IMG/VR virus record: IMGVR_UViG_3300013126_000003
Location: 1-58,987 of that record
DNA from: a virus
Taxonomy: Duplodnaviria; Caudoviricetes
Strand: one strand, 5' to 3'
DNA length: 58,987 nucleotides
The notes beneath the pieces were generated by a model. It had not been told where the DNA came from. It ran no database searches and worked only from the letters and a program-made list of their open reading frames with translations. Shown piece after piece: positions 54,122-58,987 of this stretch (its first letter is position 1; each line of letters starts with the position of its first letter). A program made the translations under genes and the position numbers.

Positions 54122-55642
54122 ATGTCAACATACTATAAATACGCAGAGCGGAACGCGGGGAGTCAGGTCAATTGGGCTGAGATAGGTAAGAATCTTACCG
54201 AGACGCTTCAAGAAGAGAACAGAATACGCGAGGAGAAGAAGGCTGCCATTGACGAGGCGAGCAGGCAGTATGGCATAACGCTCGAGAAGTCACCGCAAGG
54301 AGACAACACCACATTAAATCAATGGGGGTTGGACTTTGCTGCGCAAGCTCAAGAGGCTCGACTACTTCAGGATAGACTTTTGAAGAGCGGTAAGCTAAAG
54401 CTACGCGACTATACTATGATGCGTCAGAACTTGACCGATGGAACAACAACAGCCTTCGGTTTGATAGATGAGTATAATGCTGAGTACAAAGAGAAGATGG
54501 AGAGAGCAAAGGGCATGGACCCGGCCAACGCATCTCAGTACCTAGAGTCTTGGCTTATGGCTCAGACTGAAGGGTTTGCTAATTTTAAACAATCAAAGCT
54601 GTACATCAACCCAACAAACTTTGCAGTTAGCGTAGCTAAGAATAAAGTAAAAGATGGGGTGGAGTTCATGTCTAACGACCCTAATGACTACACCACTGTC
54701 AACGAACTTCGCAATAGAATTAAAGCTCGCTACGATAAGTTTGATAGCGATGCTTTCTTGAAGGGGCAGGTTGATTTACTTGGTGAAGACAAGAGAGCAG
54801 AGATAGCTAGATTAGCTACAGAGTCTAAAGCAGGAATATTAAAGGTTACAGAGGATGTTACAGCTAAAGAGAATTGGGAAAAAGCTCAAAGCAGTATGCT
54901 TGATATCGCTCTTTCAAACCCGACAAATGTTAGTTCGATACTTACGGATAATCTTCATGGCATCACCAAGGCTGATGGCACGTTGATTCCTTTCACATTT
55001 ACATTTGATCCAAAGGCTGCCGGAGGAGCCGATGGTAATGTCATATATCTTGAGAATATAGATGGGACTCTAATCCCTAAATTTACTGAGGAGCAAAGAG
55101 CTTTGGCTAAAGGATACCTTAAGCAGAAGATGGACGTAATGCTTGACTACAAAGAAGCTATTGACACCTACAACAACCCGGCTAAGTACCATCCATCGGT
55201 AGAACAGCAGAGGTTTTGGAAAGAAGAAAAGAACTTAGTAACAGGACTACAGCAGTGGAATAAACTTCGTACAGGATCGCTTTCAGAAAAAGCGGCAGCG
55301 GCAAAATACTTTGCAGGAACAGACGAAGCTATCAAACAAGTTAGATTCACAAAAAATGGCGGAGGTGTTGAGTTTGTTTATGCCGGAAAAGATGGCGCAG
55401 AAGACCTTGTTGTTCCTTACTACTTCTACGACACAAGAGGTGAGGATGGAGGGGAGCTTAATGGGCCTTCATGGATGGCTGTGGGTAACGAGATGTTCGG
55501 TGGCAAATTAAGCCAAGACCTGATGGATAAGTATGGAACCGGAAAGAAAACAAAACATGAAGGTGAGGAAAAAATTGTAGTAAGCGTAAGACAAGACGGT
55601 GGCATAGACACTAGCATTTACTCAACAAAACCAAATAAATGA
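54122..55642 (+). CDS. Internal virion/ejection protein
   Basis: 506 aa helical protein between the small ejection protein and the giant protein. Confidence 0.7.
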   Translation: MSTYYKYAERNAGSQVNWAEIGKNLTETLQEENRIREEKKAAIDEASRQYGITLEKSPQGDNTTLNQWGLDFAAQAQEARLLQDRLLKSGKLKLRDYTMMRQNLTDGTTTAFGLIDEYNAEYKEKMERAKGMDPANASQYLESWLMAQTEGFANFKQSKLYINPTNFAVSVAKNKVKDGVEFMSNDPNDYTTVNELRNRIKARYDKFDSDAFLKGQVDLLGEDKRAEIARLATESKAGILKVTEDVTAKENWEKAQSSMLDIALSNPTNVSSILTDNLHGITKADGTLIPFTFTFDPKAAGGADGNVIYLENIDGTLIPKFTEEQRALAKGYLKQKMDVMLDYKEAIDTYNNPAKYHPSVEQQRFWKEEKNLVTGLQQWNKLRTGSLSEKAAAAKYFAGTDEAIKQVRFTKNGGGVEFVYAGKDGAEDLVVPYYFYDTRGEDGGELNGPSWMAVGNEMFGGKLSQDLMDKYGTGKKTKHEGEEKIVVSVRQDGGIDTSIYSTKPNK

Positions 55643-58600
55643 ACGAACAAGCATTACAAGACGCGTATAAATTATTCATTGGCGGGGGATACACAGGATC
55701 GTTTGATGAATTTCGTGGCCTTATAGCTGCAAATCCACAAGCGCTTGAGGATTCGTATAGGTTGTTTACCCAAGCGGGATACTCAGAAGACATTGAGTCT
55801 TACAAAACTTTAATAGGTGTTTCGGGTTCAGCTCAACCTCAACAAACTCAGCCTGAAGTGCAAGCACAGACTGAAGATGGTGGTCCTAAGTTTGACTACA
55901 AAGCTGTGCGTAGTAATTCCGATCGCTCACCATTGCGTGATGTGATGGCGGGTACTGAGGCGTATATGCCAAACTATGAGCAGAACATGCAGGCGCATGA
56001 GGCTGACATGGTTCAAGAGCGAGCAAAAAAAAAAGAAGCATCAAGGTTGGACTTGGCTTCTCAGCAAGAGCTTGTGGAATCTACTGCGAGACAACAACGC
56101 GAAGGTTCTTTATTGGCTTCTCAACAATACGAAGAGGCAGCTCAGAAAAATCCAATACTCCGTAATCGGATTGTAGGCGACGTCTACAAAGAAATCCAAA
56201 AGGAAGAAAACCTTCCTTCATTCGTAAAGGAGCAGCTTGACAATATTAATCCCGCGCTTATTGGGTTGGGCGAGTATGAAGGCACTAATGCATATGCGGC
56301 CGCACCACTATTAGCCTTCGGTCCGGTTGGCGTAGCGTCAGGAGCATTATCTCAAACAATAGCAAGTACAGGTGTTGAAGAAGCTGTAGTTCCTAAGATG
56401 AACTACATGTTTGGACCACTCGGTTTTAAGTTTGAGGAGTCAGGAGCTACCGGTGATTACATGATTGTTACCGCCCCGGACGGAAAAACCAAGCAGGAGA
56501 TATCGTTAAACAATTTCACTAAAGGAGGTGACGAGGAAGAGACTCGCAAGCTAAAAGACTTTATTGCATCTAATGCGGTGAAGATACCAAACATTGAGAA
56601 CTACGCCACTCAGTACGCCGGCACACGAGCTAAGTACAATACCGAGAAAGAAGTAGAGACAGCCGTGTCTAACATTAATAATGAATACGAAGCTCTCAAT
56701 AAGGACGTTGTGTCGTTCAACAGAGACTTTCAAAACATTGAGTCGGAGATGGCTGCGCTTAATGAGGTGCCTGCCAATCTACGCTCTACCCCTGAGTATC
56801 TTGATAGAAAGAGCAAACTCGATGCTGCGCTTTTAGATATTGGAACAAGACGTCAAGACATCATAAACAAAAACATTCAGCTTGGTGCAAGCAAAATATC
56901 CATTGATAAAGCAGTGGGTAAGTATGCGGCCATGAAGCAAGAGCAAGGGACGTGGGGAGGAGCGACTGCTACCGCAATAGGTGAAGGATTGGCTAGTATA
57001 GGAGCAGGGGCTACCAACTTATTTATGGACTTGGTCTCTGTTGACTACACAGGGGATGCTACTCAACAGCGTCAAACAGCAATTAATAAGTCGGTATCTG
57101 ACAAGATCGCAACAGGCGACCCTGCGTTAGACTCTGAGCAGGGAGGCATGGCGGTTGACGCCGCGGTTAGATTGAACAAATATGCATTACTTGGAAAGAA
57201 AGATACGAATGGAAATATAATAATTGATGCGCTACTTGAGGGAAATGCAGTTAGGATGTTAATGGGCGGCGACACTAATGTTGCGGAGTCAAGCAATGTT
57301 AACGCTCAACTTATACCGCTACCTCAAAAAGGTCAGACATATAAGGATTGGTACAACTCATTAACCGAAGGTCAAAGGTCTCAGATTCGTACAAAAATCG
57401 AAGACGATATAACAAAAGACTCAAAGAGAGAGACTGTTCCGTTTGTCAGAGATTTTATTCAAAAAAGAATTTCAGATGCCAACACATCAGAAGAGTGGAA
57501 GAAGTTTGCTGAAGAAGGGTTTTGGGGAGAGGCTTGGTTGGGACTAGCCAAGTCAGCCCCATCATTTGCTATGCCCGGTGGTTGGGCTGCAAGAACGGCG
57601 TCAATGTACGCACAAACATCTGATGCTGTTTACGAGGAGATGAACAACAACCCTGAGTTTGATGAGGTTCCTGAGTCAGAGAAGTTTCTAATTGCAGCAC
57701 CTATAGCTATTACAAGCGCGGCTCTTGAAGAGGTTGGTTTTAGAAACTTAATTTCTAATAAAGGGCTAGTAAACAATCTTATCTTCAGAGCAATAGGAAA
57801 GTCAGGGGCTACGACAACGGCTAAAACTTTTTCTGAGTTCGTAAAGAATGACATTGAGAGCATGGCGGCCCGAGGTCTTTTAACTCTTGGAGGCGCTGCT
57901 CTTGCTGAGGGAGAGACAGGTACTACACAACAAATGGTTGAGTATGCTGTGAAAGACATTTACAATATGGCCAAGGGGAGAAAAATGTTTCAAACCCCCG
58001 ACACGTTCACAGACTATGCAGTTGACGTGCTTCGATCAGGAGCTCAAGAAGCTATTGGTGGTATGATTATGGGCTCGCTCCCCGCCGCTTCTGCTGCTTA
58101 TCGCAAGCAGGGATTTAAGGGGATGAGTAACGAGGAGTTTGAGATATTCGAGGCTACAGCTAACGATAGCAATATACAAAGCTCTTTCATCGCCAAACTA
58201 AAAGCCAACGTAGCTAGTGGCGAAATGACCATGCAAGAGGCCAAAGAACAATTGAGCGACTACCGCCAAGCAGTTGGCCTATACCGCTCTATCTCATCAG
58301 AGCTAAGCACTGAGTCTAAGAAAGAAGCCATGAATCTCGTAAGAGAAAAGCGGGCCATTAAAGAAAGCATTGAAGGGAAAGACGAGGCTCTTGTCCAAAA
58401 ACAAAAGGCTCGCATTGCAGAGATAGATTCCAAGCTAGACAAACTACCTACAGCTGAAGAAGCTAGAGCTGCTGAAGCTGCGGCTTCGGCATCAACACCT
58501 GCGGCGCCTGAGATGACAGGTAATCTTGTTCAGTTAAACCCTAAAGAGAAGGAAAGAAAAACTATTCTTGAAAAATCTATTGAGCTAGCAAAATCTCTTG

Positions 58601-58987
58601 CCGCTGAGGGAGAGTCTTTATCTACTATTTTGGTGGGCGGAGAGGATATTTCATATGACGATGCTCAAGCCGAGCTTGATGCACTTAACAAGAAAGCAAA
58701 TACTCATGTTGCTCTTGAGAATGCTCAAGCTACCACAGCCGCATTAGAGGAACTTCCTCAAGCCGAACGTGTCAATACTACCTTCACCCAAGAAGACGGC
58801 ACAGAGACGCCTATTATGGGGAATGAGCAGATGTTGTCTGAGTTGTTTCATAACGCACAGGCTACACCCGAGAGTGAGAGAACTGAATGGCAGAACGGAA
58901 TTATAGATACGGTTGAGTCTTCATTAAAAGAAACACTCGCTCCCGCACCTGCCCCCACACAAAGTACAGCGTCTAAAGTATTTGCTC
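55639..58987 (+). CDS. 5' part of the giant virion protein (continues at 1..6965)
   Basis: Missing from the ORF track. ATG 55639 (MNEQALQDAYKLF...) is open without a stop to the window end and in frame with ORF 138. Confidence 0.9.
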   Translation, partial: MNEQALQDAYKLFIGGGYTGSFDEFRGLIAANPQALEDSYRLFTQAGYSEDIESYKTLIGVSGSAQPQQTQPEVQAQTEDGGPKFDYKAVRSNSDRSPLRDVMAGTEAYMPNYEQNMQAHEADMVQERAKKKEASRLDLASQQELVESTARQQREGSLLASQQYEEAAQKNPILRNRIVGDVYKEIQKEENLPSFVKEQLDNINPALIGLGEYEGTNAYAAAPLLAFGPVGVASGALSQTIASTGVEEAVVPKMNYMFGPLGFKFEESGATGDYMIVTAPDGKTKQEISLNNFTKGGDEEETRKLKDFIASNAVKIPNIENYATQYAGTRAKYNTEKEVETAVSNINNEYEALNKDVVSFNRDFQNIESEMAALNEVPANLRSTPEYLDRKSKLDAALLDIGTRRQDIINKNIQLGASKISIDKAVGKYAAMKQEQGTWGGATATAIGEGLASIGAGATNLFMDLVSVDYTGDATQQRQTAINKSVSDKIATGDPALDSEQGGMAVDAAVRLNKYALLGKKDTNGNIIIDALLEGNAVRMLMGGDTNVAESSNVNAQLIPLPQKGQTYKDWYNSLTEGQRSQIRTKIEDDITKDSKRETVPFVRDFIQKRISDANTSEEWKKFAEEGFWGEAWLGLAKSAPSFAMPGGWAARTASMYAQTSDAVYEEMNNNPEFDEVPESEKFLIAAPIAITSAALEEVGFRNLISNKGLVNNLIFRAIGKSGATTTAKTFSEFVKNDIESMAARGLLTLGGAALAEGETGTTQQMVEYAVKDIYNMAKGRKMFQTPDTFTDYAVDVLRSGAQEAIGGMIMGSLPAASAAYRKQGFKGMSNEEFEIFEATANDSNIQSSFIAKLKANVASGEMTMQEAKEQLSDYRQAVGLYRSISSELSTESKKEAMNLVREKRAIKESIEGKDEALVQKQKARIAEIDSKLDKLPTAEEARAAEAAASASTPAAPEMTGNLVQLNPKEKERKTILEKSIELAKSLAAEGESLSTILVGGEDISYDDAQAELDALNKKANTHVALENAQATTAALEELPQAERVNTTFTQEDGTETPIMGNEQMLSELFHNAQATPESERTEWQNGIIDTVESSLKETLAPAPAPTQSTASKVFA
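58865..58987. repeat. Terminal direct repeat, copy 2
   Basis: Identical to 1-123. Confidence 0.97.

Noticed and set aside
58865-58987. 123-bp repeat as the biological terminal repeat of the virion DNA
   Set aside because: It lies in the middle of a gene and is best explained as assembler overlap on a circular contig.
1-58987. Stop-codon reassignment as in some crAss-like phages
   Set aside because: Standard-code ORFs tile the genome densely, TAA, TAG and TGA all end genes, and there is no suppressor tRNA.
1-58987. Integrase, transposase, DGR reverse transcriptase, introns or inteins
   Set aside because: No catalytic motifs were recognised, and TerL, helicase and primase appear uninterrupted.

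Overview
The window appears to be a complete, circularly assembled genome of about 58,864 bp from a tailed dsDNA phage: bases 1-123 are repeated exactly at 58865-58987. Recurrent TTTG-N20-TAnnTTTG promoters and A-rich leaders without Shine-Dalgarno sequences point to a Bacteroidota host. The terminase, portal, capsid, ring, muzzle and ejection gene block points to a podovirus broadly related to crAss-like and Flavobacteria phages. Two arms diverge from about 26.0-26.4 kb. The minus arm (25953 down to 6945) holds small early genes, a class II glutamine amidotransferase with an amidoligase, Sak3/RecE-like recombination genes, an Acb2-like protein, SSB, a primase-helicase, an SF2 helicase and nucleases. 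The plus arm (26435 through the contig junction to 6965) holds GroEL/GroES, lysis genes, terminase, the head and tail genes, and a ~3396-aa giant virion protein that spans the junction. I recognised no DNA polymerase, RNA polymerase, integrase or CRISPR array. The most unusual signals are non-coding: (1) seven copies of a 20-bp palindrome (GAGTACGGTTGACCGTACTC) that punctuate the early genes like cassette boundaries; (2) an H-type pseudoknot in the ssb leader; (3) a tRNA-like RNA whose anticodon arm is replaced by a larger domain, preceded by a structured RNA; (4) two homologous origin-like elements 13.5 kb apart; (5) a helically phased GC-rich repeat at the divergence point; and (6) apparent genome-wide absence of CCAG/CTGG. 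All family calls come from motif recognition by eye, not database searches.
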